The notes under the pieces were generated by a model. It was not told where the DNA came from and ran no database searches. It saw only the letters and a list, made by a program, of their open reading frames with translations. From the NCBI GenBank assembly GCA_905178155.1, contig CAJINV010000004.1, positions 2,316,228 through 2,380,227 of the forward strand: 64,000 bases of DNA. The letters run 5' to 3'. The position numbers and the translations under genes were made by a program. How positions within the stretch are numbered: the first letter of the stretch is position 1; every line of letters begins with the position of its first letter. The stretch comes from Amoebophrya sp. A120 (lineage: Eukaryota; Protista; Dinoflagellata). Positions 24,150 through 33,631 of this stretch are shown here, one piece after another.

Positions 24150-27100
24150 TGCGGCCTCCCATGTGCGTGCACAGCTAAGCCGCGGGAGATGGAAGAGTTG
24201 CAGTACTTTCTGGCAGCAGGCGCTCGATGTTCTTTTTTTTTATATACTAAGCTAGCTGTCTTTGACCCTCGACCTGGTTTAGTATTTGAGTCGTTTCGTT
24301 TGTGCTGTCACGTACAAGAAAATAAGGGCGTGCCTGTGCCTTCAGTGTTGACATTCAAGTTGAAAGACGAGAAGTCTTTTTTTTTTAACACCGGAGACCG
24401 CCTGAACTTCTTGGCTTTTGATGAAGATGATGATACCGTTGGCGACCTCTCGGATGACGACACTGTCGAGGATTCTTCTGAGAATCATGTGTTCGACCCT
24501 GGGCGCTCTGTTTTTACCATTCCTACTGGAGCTGATCAGCTTGGCGATGGTGTTTGTTTGCGCGAGAGAGTTCTGCAGCAGTGGGAGGAATTACACATTG
24601 CGTGCGAGGTTGAAGGAGAGACAGGTGCGGAAGGGTCTGAGATTGTTGGTGCTGACGCTCCCGGCCAAGCTCCACGAAGTCCGCAGTACAACCCCTTCCA
24701 CTCTCGGGTCAGACACTGGGGCCGGGGAAACATTTGGGGTAAGAAGCGACGTCGGGGTGGTGGAAAAGCGGCAAGATTCGAGGAGGCCATCCTTATCACG
24801 CTCAACTGCAAGTCGGCGCACAACTCCATCACTCTCGAGAAGAAGCTGCGAGATGTCGCGAGGCTGCGGAATGCGGATGGGTCTGGTGCTGTCGATGCAG
24901 CTCTTTGCACGGAAATAGCATACGACGCTACTGCGGCCAGCGTGAAGAACTCGCAGTACAGGTTCATCATCGACCCGGATGGTGTTTGGGTTGTGGTTTT
25001 CTGTAACGGAGCCGGCGTTGCGCTTTTTCGCCGCAGTTGGATTAATCACTTCTGCAAGGGGCGTAGATACATCTGCGCCCGTGACCGGGTGTTAGGTCTA
25101 CGGCTCCCCGGCTGTGCTTTTGTTGCTGCGTACGGGCCGGCTGACGGGGGGAAGTTCGGGACCGGGCTCACCGTTGAATGGGAGAAGTTCAAGCTGAATT
25201 TTTGCGCGGTGGTCAGCAGTGTTCGTGAGCGGCCTCTAGATGATAAAACAGCAACTGGGCTCACCACAGACATGCGGGTGCCGGTTTTTTCAGCTTGTGA
25301 CAATGTTGGGGTTGTCGGGGATAGAGCGTCCCGTTGCTTGAACGGCTACACCCAAGGCCGCACTACTGGTGTTCACGGGCTTAGCGAAACCAATCCGCGC
25401 GGGGTTGATTTCCTCTTTGAGGTCGATCTGCTGAAGCTCTCCTGCGTCAACACCTACTTCAAACATGATGATGGGGCTCGCGGTCATTTTCCCCCCTGGG
25501 CGACCCGGGTCATCTGTCCGGACCGCGCTTCGTTCTACCACAACTTGCTTGAGCGGTGGAGGGAGATTGATCTTCTTTTTGTACATGCTGTTGACGTTCC
25601 CCTCGTGCAGCATCTTACCACCATTGAGATTGATAGCGATCACCGGTCCAAGCTTCTCAAGGTCCAGCTCGAGAAGAGGTACCACCGCACTACCGCACTG
25701 CGACATCACGCTCAAGCGAGGAAAAGCAGGGAAGATGGTGAAGACGACGCTGATTCTGGGCACGGGGCGCCACTCTGGCGCGCTTCTCCTGAGGCGAAGG
25801 AGCAGTTTACTGAAGCTGTTTGTGGTGGCATTGTTGACGCTGCTGGACCGAATTCCGATTTTTCTGACCTCTCGCTCCTACCCCGCGCTCTTGTTTCGCA
25901 GAAGCACGTCTTGCAGTCCAGTGCCAACGAGGAGCTCGAGAGGTACCAGAAGTCACACGATTACACCAAGCGGGAGGAGTACGAGGACCTTATTGCCGGG
26001 CTCCGGCGTAAAATCAAGCAGTGCACCACCGAAAGCAGTGAGAGCGTAGCAGCGTGCCGGGTTGCGGCATTGTTGAAGGAGGTCTCCGCCATTACTGCAG
26101 AACAAAAGGCCTTTTTGAGGTCCCAGCGCGGGGAGGACGCGTTTAATGTTGACCTTCATCACCGCTGCCACAGGTCGCGGAAAACTGCCAAGCGCAAAGT
26201 CGGGGGCGATTTTTGTCCGGAGGAGGCGGCCCGCCACTTCGAGGCAGTGTCTTCGGTTTCTGAAGTTCCAGATGTTTCGATCCTCGACGGTGTTGTTCAT
26301 CCCCTGGCCCCGTGTTGGGTCAAAATTCTGAACGACGACTTCACCCCTGAGGAGGTTGCCGCCGCTGTCTGCAACAGGAAGAACAGCTCCCAGTCTGACG
26401 ATTTTGATCAAGTTATCCTGTTGTACAAGGCGCTGACTTCTGCCGGGTGGACACTGGTCACCGAGCTGTTAAATTTCCACTGGAAGTCCGGCTTCTCTTT
26501 CCTCGATACCCCGGAGGGGAAGAAGATTTTGCGGGCTGTTGTGACCTTGTTGTACAAAAACTCTGGTGACGAGGCCGATTTGAACAATTTTCGCGGTATT
26601 GTGAATAGCAATATTCTCATCAAAGTGGTCTCCGCCATCATTGTTGAGCGCTTTGATAAGGTGCTGCGGGGGACGAGGTTCCTAGCCCCTGCGCAGGCCG
26701 GGTTCAGAAAAGGACACCAAACCGAAGAGCACATCTTCCTCCTTCGCCGTGTCGTTGAAGACTGTGCCGCCCTGTATGGTACTGCGACCGAGACGGGCCA
26801 AGCGTGTGCTGCGATTTTGCTTGATATACAAAAAGCATATCCGTCGTATCCGTGGCGGTGCTGGGTTCGGTTCCTCGAGTTGTGGGGTGTTGCTGATTCC
26901 CGTTTTGCGAACACGGCTCGCAGGATTCAGCGCAACACGTCCTACGTAGTAGTTACGGACCGCGGGGAGTCTCTTCCGTTCGGGCTTGATAATGGATTTG
27001 GTGAGGGGCAAATCACATCCCCTGCGTTTTACAGTTGCGGGTATGAACTAGTGATGCGAATTTTCAGGATGATGATCATCAAGCACCTGCACGGCCGCGC

Positions 27101-30100
27101 GCCGCTGTCGCTGTGGACGCCAGCACACGAGTGCTCCTTTCTCCCACGCGACTCCGTTCTGCAGTTTTTGCACCCAGAGTGCCGCTCGGTCTGCAAGACG
27201 CCGATCACTGACTTAGAATTTGCCGACGACACAGTTATTATTGCCATGATGTTGCTGTCTTCCGGCCTGTTCTTAGTTTGGGACTCCGTGACGAAGCGCG
27301 TAGTGATTCGCGCCAACAGAAAGAAGTTTCAGATTTTGCTCCTGTCCAATCCGCAGCTCAGTGATTTTGTCCGCTACCTCGGAAACTTCTTGTGTTTGTC
27401 GTACGACCTGCGCATTCGAAGTGTCAAAATGTCGAGGAGTCTGAAGGAGCTTGACTCCATGCCGCACGTAGCCAGTTCCCGCACCGATTTGCGGTGTAAT
27501 TTTATGTCGCTGTTGCGCAGTGCCGGCACGTTCGGGGCCGGTGCCCGGACGTGGTCTTCTGCGGAGTTGCGTGTTCTGCAGGTTGGGTTCAACGCCGGGA
27601 TACTTCAGCTGACAGGAATGCCGAGATACGCCCTCCATGTTTATCATGTGCCAATCTGCCGCCTGTTTCGAATGTTTAGGCTTGAGCCGGCGACAGCATA
27701 TGTGAGGTTCCTCCAGGTTTCCTTCGTTGCCCACCTGCTGCGTGCTTCTCCTGAGCGGCTTGCGCGGAAGGCATTGCTCGGCTTTTTCACCTTTTCTGAC
27801 CCCGGGCTTGCGCATCATCTTCTCTACCGCAGGGCACCGAGAAAGCGAGTCTGGGAGCAGGTAGTCGAGTCCCTTCGGCGAGTTTGTGGTGAAAGATCTG
27901 AGGCGCAGTTCCTGACGATCTTGCTCTCTCGCAAGCATTGCAGAACCGTTGAGCGGGAGTTGCGACTGCTACTCACTTTTGAGTACTACTCTGGTGATCC
28001 GCATGCAATGCCCGAGGTTATCCGGAGGGAGAAGGGGTGGTGGGCTGCGCATTATGACTCGATGTCCGCTGATGAAGATGATGCCTTCCCGTGCTCCATT
28101 GGCTGCCGCACTGCTTTCTCGTGGTTCAATGATGACGGCAACTTTTCGGACGCTTCTCTCCGCTCTATCTACGACCTCAAGGTTGCTGCTGGGGTTGGCG
28201 GAGTCTCTCGCTGTCGCCGCTGTAACGTCTTCACCAGCCCGGGTCTTGATCTTCGATTTGTGGTGTCCTTCAGGAGCGACAAGCTCCAGCACAGACCAGT
28301 CGTCCGTAGTACCTTTCCGTCCGCGATCCCCAATAGTGCCGTTGAGTTTGTTCTCCGACACGAGGAGGCTTGTCCGGGTGTCATTGCTGCGAAGCCGTTT
28401 TTCCTCACCGAAGTTCTGAACAGTACCGCCGATCTTCGTGAGAACTTGCTTCTGCAGGTCTCCGATTTGCATTCTATCCCGGATGTGCGGGAAGAAGTTG
28501 CTGAGGATGGCAGTGTGAAGGTTGTGAAAAAGGAGATGATCAATAAGGTGCTTTCCTCCTTTTCAGTAGAACAGTACGCTTCGCTCTTCGATCTCGGCGC
28601 CTTTCCTGATGGTGATTGCTCTTTGCTGGGTGACGATGGTGTTTTGCTTTGCGAACCTGTACGCGGCCCGGCTGACGAGTTTCGGGCGATCCTTGGAAAG
28701 CAGTACTGCGATATAGTTGACGAGATTGCGCGCTACCCGCCCTTCACTGTCGACCGGGATAGCTCCGGCATCGCCAGCATCGGGTGTAACTGTGACGACT
28801 GCCAGCGCTATTTGCTCCAGAAGGAGATGAAAGCACAGGAGCGTAGAGGTGCAGTAGCGCTAGCAGGGAGCAAGATTATTGGCGGTGGTGGTTTCGGGTT
28901 TCTTCCAGCTGATGAAGATGCTGCTTCTGATGATGAGGCCCTCTTTCCCTCTCGTGGTAGTGGGGTCGGCGCTTGCGAGGAAGTCGTAGCCGAGGACAGT
29001 CCTCCTTCCCTTCTGCTGCCCGGATCTGTTCTACGACCGATTCGACTGTTCTCCTCGCTTGTATCAGCTTTCCGGCACATGCGATACCAGAAACAAGCTG
29101 CCGCTGATGCCGCCATTGCTGCACTATTTGACCGTCCTCCGCCTAGAGATTGTTCCGAAACTGTGAAGAGCTGTAAGCCGAAGCCGAAGCTTGACGCAGA
29201 TGCCAAAGGGAAGCAGCAAAAAACGAAGGGCCCAGACGACTTGAACCTTGTCTCTGTTAAGGGTGTCACCTGGTGGAAAACAGGCTCTGGCGCTGCTAGT
29301 CGCTTTGGCGGCTGTTTTCGGGTTCAAGTTATTGTGCGAAACAGTGCTGGGGCGAAAGTTCCTGTTTCTCGGACTGTATTTCTTGAGGACCACGCTGACG
29401 ACATTGATCTAGCTTTTGCCGCTGCTGTTGCCCTGCGGGATCGCATCAAGGCGGATCCCCGGCCTTTTCTTGAGAACCGGATCCAGAGGAAGGTCAAGAA
29501 GCAGCCAACTCCGATCAAGCAGCCAGCTGGCCGCGCACCAGGAGCTGCCCTTCCAGTTTTCAAGTCCTCAGCGAAGGCTTCGGCAAGTAGTGGCGTCTCT
29601 GCTCGGAGTTTCCGGAAGTCAGGGAGTCGGCTATTGCGATAAGAGGGCTGTCGTGAACATTTTGCGGAGCAGCGACACTGTGGGGCTGGGCGAAGAAGGT
29701 TGTGTGATTATTGTTTGCATCACCACCTGCTGCGATGTGTTATGTGTTGACGTCTTGCCTTGAGGAGTTGTGACCATATTTCGCGTTCTTCTTCGCCCTC
29801 CGACCATGAGTCGATGTGCTCTGCCCTCGGGCTGCAGGTCGAGGTCTCGGTGCTGCAGTTCTACCTCCTTCGGTTTATGGTACAGTGTGGATCTCTACCT
29901 GGCTCGGTTGTCGAAAACGTTAAAAACTCTAAAAAACGGGCTCCGGGCTGTGTGGGTAGTGGTCCGCGTTTTGTTCCTTCGGTTCGGGGGGCTTTGGGTG
30001 ACTCTGCAGTGATCATCTCGGTGTTTCCTGCGAAGCAGCTGTTTACGAGCGGCGGGTTTGGGATGTGTCGTGGCTGGAGCTTCGGAGGAGGCTCGCGTCA

Positions 30101-30240
30101 GGGTTTCACGGAAATCTGTATTTTTGTTGAAAGAAAGGATTTTAAGTACATTAGCTCAAGAAAAGAAGATATGTGTTTGAAAGTAGCTCGTTCTCTAGCA
30201 AAAGTCAAGCGGAGCATTACGCTTGCCTTTTTTTAGTTTT
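24150..30240 (+). mobile_element. LINE-type non-LTR retrotransposon (boundaries approximate)
   Basis: Intronless intact APE-RT ORF with T/G-rich composition unlike the host genes, continuing into a T-rich 3' region. No clear poly(A) tail or TSD was found, so the ends are estimates. Confidence 0.7.
24189..29642 (+). CDS. Non-LTR retrotransposon polyprotein: APE endonuclease + reverse transcriptase + Cys/His motifs + C-terminal AP2-like domain (1817 aa)
   Basis: APE about 24790-25670 (ITLNC, LCTE, GVALF, AAYGP, EIDLLFV, SDH). RT about 26330-27400 (LYKNSGD..NFRGI, QAGFRKG, LDIQKAY, GFGEG..SP, FADD at 27219-27230, RYLG). AP2-like about 29256-29450. Confidence 0.93.
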   Translation: MEELQYFLAAGARCSFFLYTKLAVFDPRPGLVFESFRLCCHVQENKGVPVPSVLTFKLKDEKSFFFNTGDRLNFLAFDEDDDTVGDLSDDDTVEDSSENHVFDPGRSVFTIPTGADQLGDGVCLRERVLQQWEELHIACEVEGETGAEGSEIVGADAPGQAPRSPQYNPFHSRVRHWGRGNIWGKKRRRGGGKAARFEEAILITLNCKSAHNSITLEKKLRDVARLRNADGSGAVDAALCTEIAYDATAASVKNSQYRFIIDPDGVWVVVFCNGAGVALFRRSWINHFCKGRRYICARDRVLGLRLPGCAFVAAYGPADGGKFGTGLTVEWEKFKLNFCAVVSSVRERPLDDKTATGLTTDMRVPVFSACDNVGVVGDRASRCLNGYTQGRTTGVHGLSETNPRGVDFLFEVDLLKLSCVNTYFKHDDGARGHFPPWATRVICPDRASFYHNLLERWREIDLLFVHAVDVPLVQHLTTIEIDSDHRSKLLKVQLEKRYHRTTALRHHAQARKSREDGEDDADSGHGAPLWRASPEAKEQFTEAVCGGIVDAAGPNSDFSDLSLLPRALVSQKHVLQSSANEELERYQKSHDYTKREEYEDLIAGLRRKIKQCTTESSESVAACRVAALLKEVSAITAEQKAFLRSQRGEDAFNVDLHHRCHRSRKTAKRKVGGDFCPEEAARHFEAVSSVSEVPDVSILDGVVHPLAPCWVKILNDDFTPEEVAAAVCNRKNSSQSDDFDQVILLYKALTSAGWTLVTELLNFHWKSGFSFLDTPEGKKILRAVVTLLYKNSGDEADLNNFRGIVNSNILIKVVSAIIVERFDKVLRGTRFLAPAQAGFRKGHQTEEHIFLLRRVVEDCAALYGTATETGQACAAILLDIQKAYPSYPWRCWVRFLELWGVADSRFANTARRIQRNTSYVVVTDRGESLPFGLDNGFGEGQITSPAFYSCGYELVMRIFRMMIIKHLHGRAPLSLWTPAHECSFLPRDSVLQFLHPECRSVCKTPITDLEFADDTVIIAMMLLSSGLFLVWDSVTKRVVIRANRKKFQILLLSNPQLSDFVRYLGNFLCLSYDLRIRSVKMSRSLKELDSMPHVASSRTDLRCNFMSLLRSAGTFGAGARTWSSAELRVLQVGFNAGILQLTGMPRYALHVYHVPICRLFRMFRLEPATAYVRFLQVSFVAHLLRASPERLARKALLGFFTFSDPGLAHHLLYRRAPRKRVWEQVVESLRRVCGERSEAQFLTILLSRKHCRTVERELRLLLTFEYYSGDPHAMPEVIRREKGWWAAHYDSMSADEDDAFPCSIGCRTAFSWFNDDGNFSDASLRSIYDLKVAAGVGGVSRCRRCNVFTSPGLDLRFVVSFRSDKLQHRPVVRSTFPSAIPNSAVEFVLRHEEACPGVIAAKPFFLTEVLNSTADLRENLLLQVSDLHSIPDVREEVAEDGSVKVVKKEMINKVLSSFSVEQYASLFDLGAFPDGDCSLLGDDGVLLCEPVRGPADEFRAILGKQYCDIVDEIARYPPFTVDRDSSGIASIGCNCDDCQRYLLQKEMKAQERRGAVALAGSKIIGGGGFGFLPADEDAASDDEALFPSRGSGVGACEEVVAEDSPPSLLLPGSVLRPIRLFSSLVSAFRHMRYQKQAAADAAIAALFDRPPPRDCSETVKSCKPKPKLDADAKGKQQKTKGPDDLNLVSVKGVTWWKTGSGAASRFGGCFRVQVIVRNSAGAKVPVSRTVFLEDHADDIDLAFAAAVALRDRIKADPRPFLENRIQRKVKKQPTPIKQPAGRAPGAALPVFKSSAKASASSGVSARSFRKSGSRLLR

Positions 30241-31277
30241 TTTTCCTTCTTCCTTTTTTCTCCAGGGGTGTAGAGTGTGTACCTGCTCTCACTAGCAAGC
30301 CATCGCTCGAGAAACTTTGTTTTTTGTTTTTTCCTAGTACTAAACTGTCTTACAGCTCTTTCGATTACAAACATGTTCATCAATTTCACAAGTGCTCTTA
30401 CCATGTAACGTTATCTCTTTTTTTCTGTCCCATCTTGAATTCTATTTCTATGGTTTTCCTATAAATAAAATTGTGGTTTGTCATGCTGATAAGCCACTTA
30501 AGAGCATACTTTCTAGACAAAAGTTCCAAAAGCCAAGATCTCCCGAAGTAAGAAGGACTGTGGAAAAGCACTTTATGTAGTTTTGTTGGAGTATGTTTTA
30601 GTTTATTTTGCTATGCTTATTGTTGTACTTCTCTTAGATTGAAAAGGTTTTACAAAAGGTAGTGTTTTGAAAGATCCAGAAAAATGAGGCTCCTCGTCCT
30701 AGCTGAAGACGAACAAAGCTTGTTTTTCTTTTAGAAAGTGGCCCCCTTACCTTTCTGTAAAGATCCAGAAAAATGGAAAATCCCGCCCATTCTAGATAGG
30801 AACAGAAGGGTCCACAAGGGTGCGCTTTTCTACTTCTTTTTTCCATAGTGCACTTCTTTCTCGATTAGCTTTGTTTTCTCTATTAGTCTTTGTGCTTGTT
30901 GCTTTACTTTTTTTTCCTTGCTATAATCTCTTCTAGTTCTATCTATCTTGTAGTTGTAGGTCACTGCTATTTTTTTTCCTCTTCCATTGCCATTGCGGTT
31001 TTCACCATTGCCAATGCTGATTTCGCGACCAGTCGGTTTCGACCGTGGACACGCGCTGTAACCGAAAATTTTCTGATTCTGATTCTGAAGAAATGTGTGC
31101 AAATTGTTGAAAGAACCCATGGCAGAGGCAGTTCTCAGGACAACGAATTTCCCACAAGCATAGCGCCAGAGGCACAGGATCGCTGCCAGGAGAACCGAAC
31201 AAGACTAGCAGCTACTGTCTCGCGCCTCCTCTTATCTTCATCAAGAGCGAGCGGCTCAATACAAACGGGGCGTGAAA

Positions 31278-32821
31278 ATGAACATTCAAACTGCAGACGA
31301 CTCTTCCGCACGACGCGCAGGGCAGCAAGGCGATGTTGATCCTGCAGCAGTCGAAAACAACAACAACGACACCACCTGGACCAGCTCAACAACTTCTTGG
31401 CCTCCTCTGGAGTGCAACCCGGAGGCTTTTTCCGAACTCGCCCGCAAATGGGGGCTCCGGCCCGAGTGCGCCTTTGTCGACGTGCTGGGCCTCGAACCGG
31501 AGCTACTGGCGATGGTGCCGCGCCCGGTGCACGCCGTGATCGTGCTTTTTCCCACGGACTGCGCGGAGCTAGAGCGTTTTCGGCGGGAAGAATTGCCGGC
31601 GCACGTGGACTACGATTGGGACGAGGTTTTCTACATGCACCAGCACATCGGCAACGCGTGTGGCACCTGGGCGCTCGGGCACGCCTTGTTGAATACGATG
31701 CAAGAGAAAGATCTGCTGGACATGTCTTCCCCGTTACGCGCCTTGCGGGCAGCTGCCGCTGCGAGAACATTTTTGTCTAATGAAAATAAAGTTCTTCAAG
31801 AGAACGACCCGGAGAAGAAAATAGCAGATGATGTGCTGAGACCACTCGATGGCCCTCCAGGTGGTGGTCCTCTATCACTTGAAGAAGAAAAAAATGTCGT
31901 TGCCGCCGCGCGGGGCCGCGCCTTCGGCGGGAACGCAGCCGTGCGAGACGGCCATCACGCGGTGGCGTGTGACGAAAGCCTCAACCAGACAGATTGGGAC
32001 ATAAGGACCTCCGCTGGCAATAATAAGCCAGTGTACGAACACTTCACCACGTTTGTGCCAGAGAGGAATTATAAATTGAGGAAAGCAACTGCAACAAGCC
32101 AGCGCGACGAGGCTGACGTGGATGCTAACGCTATTAAGTCGCTCCGCCCAGATCATTTACTAGACGTTGGTGAGAAGGACGCCAAGGCTATCCTGAGCAA
32201 AAACGTCCCCATTTCAGAGTCAAGATGGGGATCTCGCAACAGAAATCGAGAAGTTTTGGGAGTCAAGCATGACAAATTCCCGTCTGTATTGTGGTGCAGT
32301 TTAGCAAGTACAGCCGCAACACAAATCCATGTTGTACTCATCCTGTTTACAGCATTACAAAGTCCAAAACACGACTGGAAATGCCTCCCAAGGGGATGCG
32401 CATTACAACTCTTCCTGTAACTGCCAATCTGCATGACAACTAGGGGGTGAAGATGTTTTTACTCAGGATATTAAAGATAAGACCTGAACCTCCTGAGTTT
32501 TTCGCGCTAGAGCTTGACGGGAGGATGCGAAAAGTCGTGCGCCACACGCTATGGTCGTCGAGGGTGAACTGCGATGCTGGCGCAGTAGGAACAGGAGATC
32601 ATGCGGGCAACGGCAGCTTGCAGCAGCCGAGTCCTCGTCAAATACGAGGAGAGAGCCATGATAGCGCGGCCCTGCCACCGCCAGGAGATTTCGATTTTCT
32701 CTCATCGGTTGCGAAGCTCATTGAGAAGAATTTTTTCAAGGTTGCAGGCCCTTCGCAGAACAACTTTGCCATCCTTGCTCTCACGGGTGGTACGACCGCG
32801 CCCGCAAGCTGTTCTGGTTGA
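31278..32821 (+). CDS. Ubiquitin carboxyl-terminal hydrolase, peptidase C12 (UCH-L3-like), about 418 aa
   Basis: WPPLECNPE, FVDVLGLEPELLAMVPRPVHAVIVLFP, YMHQHIGNACGT (Cys), EHFTTFV (His), LELDGR (Asp), NFAILAL; one intervening element. Confidence 0.93.
32189..32470. mobile_element. Introner-type TIR element, family D, with no remaining DR
   Basis: tatcctgagcaaaaacgtc ... gatgtttttactcaggata; interior homologous to 7346-7632; flanks aaggc/ttaaa. Confidence 0.9.
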
Positions 32822-33631
32822 AAAAGGAAACAAACAAGCGGAACACATTCAAAAGCGCACGTTGATACAGAGGTAAAAGAAAGTGTGTAGTACATAGTGC
32901 TGCTTTTGGGTATAATTTGGTTCTCGAACTTTGAAGCAAAACCTGGAATGTAGAAGAAAAGACTTGAAAGTAGTACTGTAAGAACCATTACCACTGCAGC
33001 CAGAAATTCATGTCCGTGCCAAGGTGATAGACTGTTCTGGATGCAATTACAGATGGCCCCGGTTTGCATTCTTTAGCAAGACAAAAACAGAAGATTTATT
33101 GTCTCTCCACCTTTCGCCCTGCTTCGTTTTCTGTCCGAGTCGTAGTATCCATCGTAAGTTCGCAGTTGTACTAGTACTTCTTATCGCAAGGGTCTTCTCA
33201 CAGAAATCTGTCGTGGCTTGATTTATTATCGTCTGATCGTCTTTCGCTTTGCCTTTGCTAAAACAATTGTCGCAATGGTCCTCGTTTAGATGAGCGTATG
33301 TCGTTTGAAATGTAAATGTTCGTGAACCACTTCGACTTGTGAGCAGCTTCGCTCGTCGCGCTCTCACTTCTTTTGTCGCATCGTCCTTTTGCTGTTGTAT
33401 TCTGTGGAAAAAATGAAATCGCGATCGACGTGGACGTCGTGCAGCTTGCAGCATCGTTGAAGAAGGAAGAAATTGAATGAATCAATATGTTTTGAAAGAT
33501 GTTGAAATCGCAAATATTTCGACCAGACTCTTTCTAGTGTGCGAGCACTGCGGCATTTTTGACAGAAACTAACTGTCGTACTTAATATCTAGAAAAATAA
33601 AGGCCGAAACCGCTCGAAATAAAAAGTCGAG

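Noticed and set aside
24189-29642. RT as a group II intron, retron, telomerase or the introner mobiliser
   Set aside because: The N-terminal APE domain marks a non-LTR element. TIRs with fixed 5-bp duplications fit DNA transposition rather than target-primed reverse transcription, and no direct link is visible.
24418-30236. Overlapping and antisense ORFs within the LINE and other GC-rich exons
   Set aside because: Shadows of long coding frames with no recognisable motifs.
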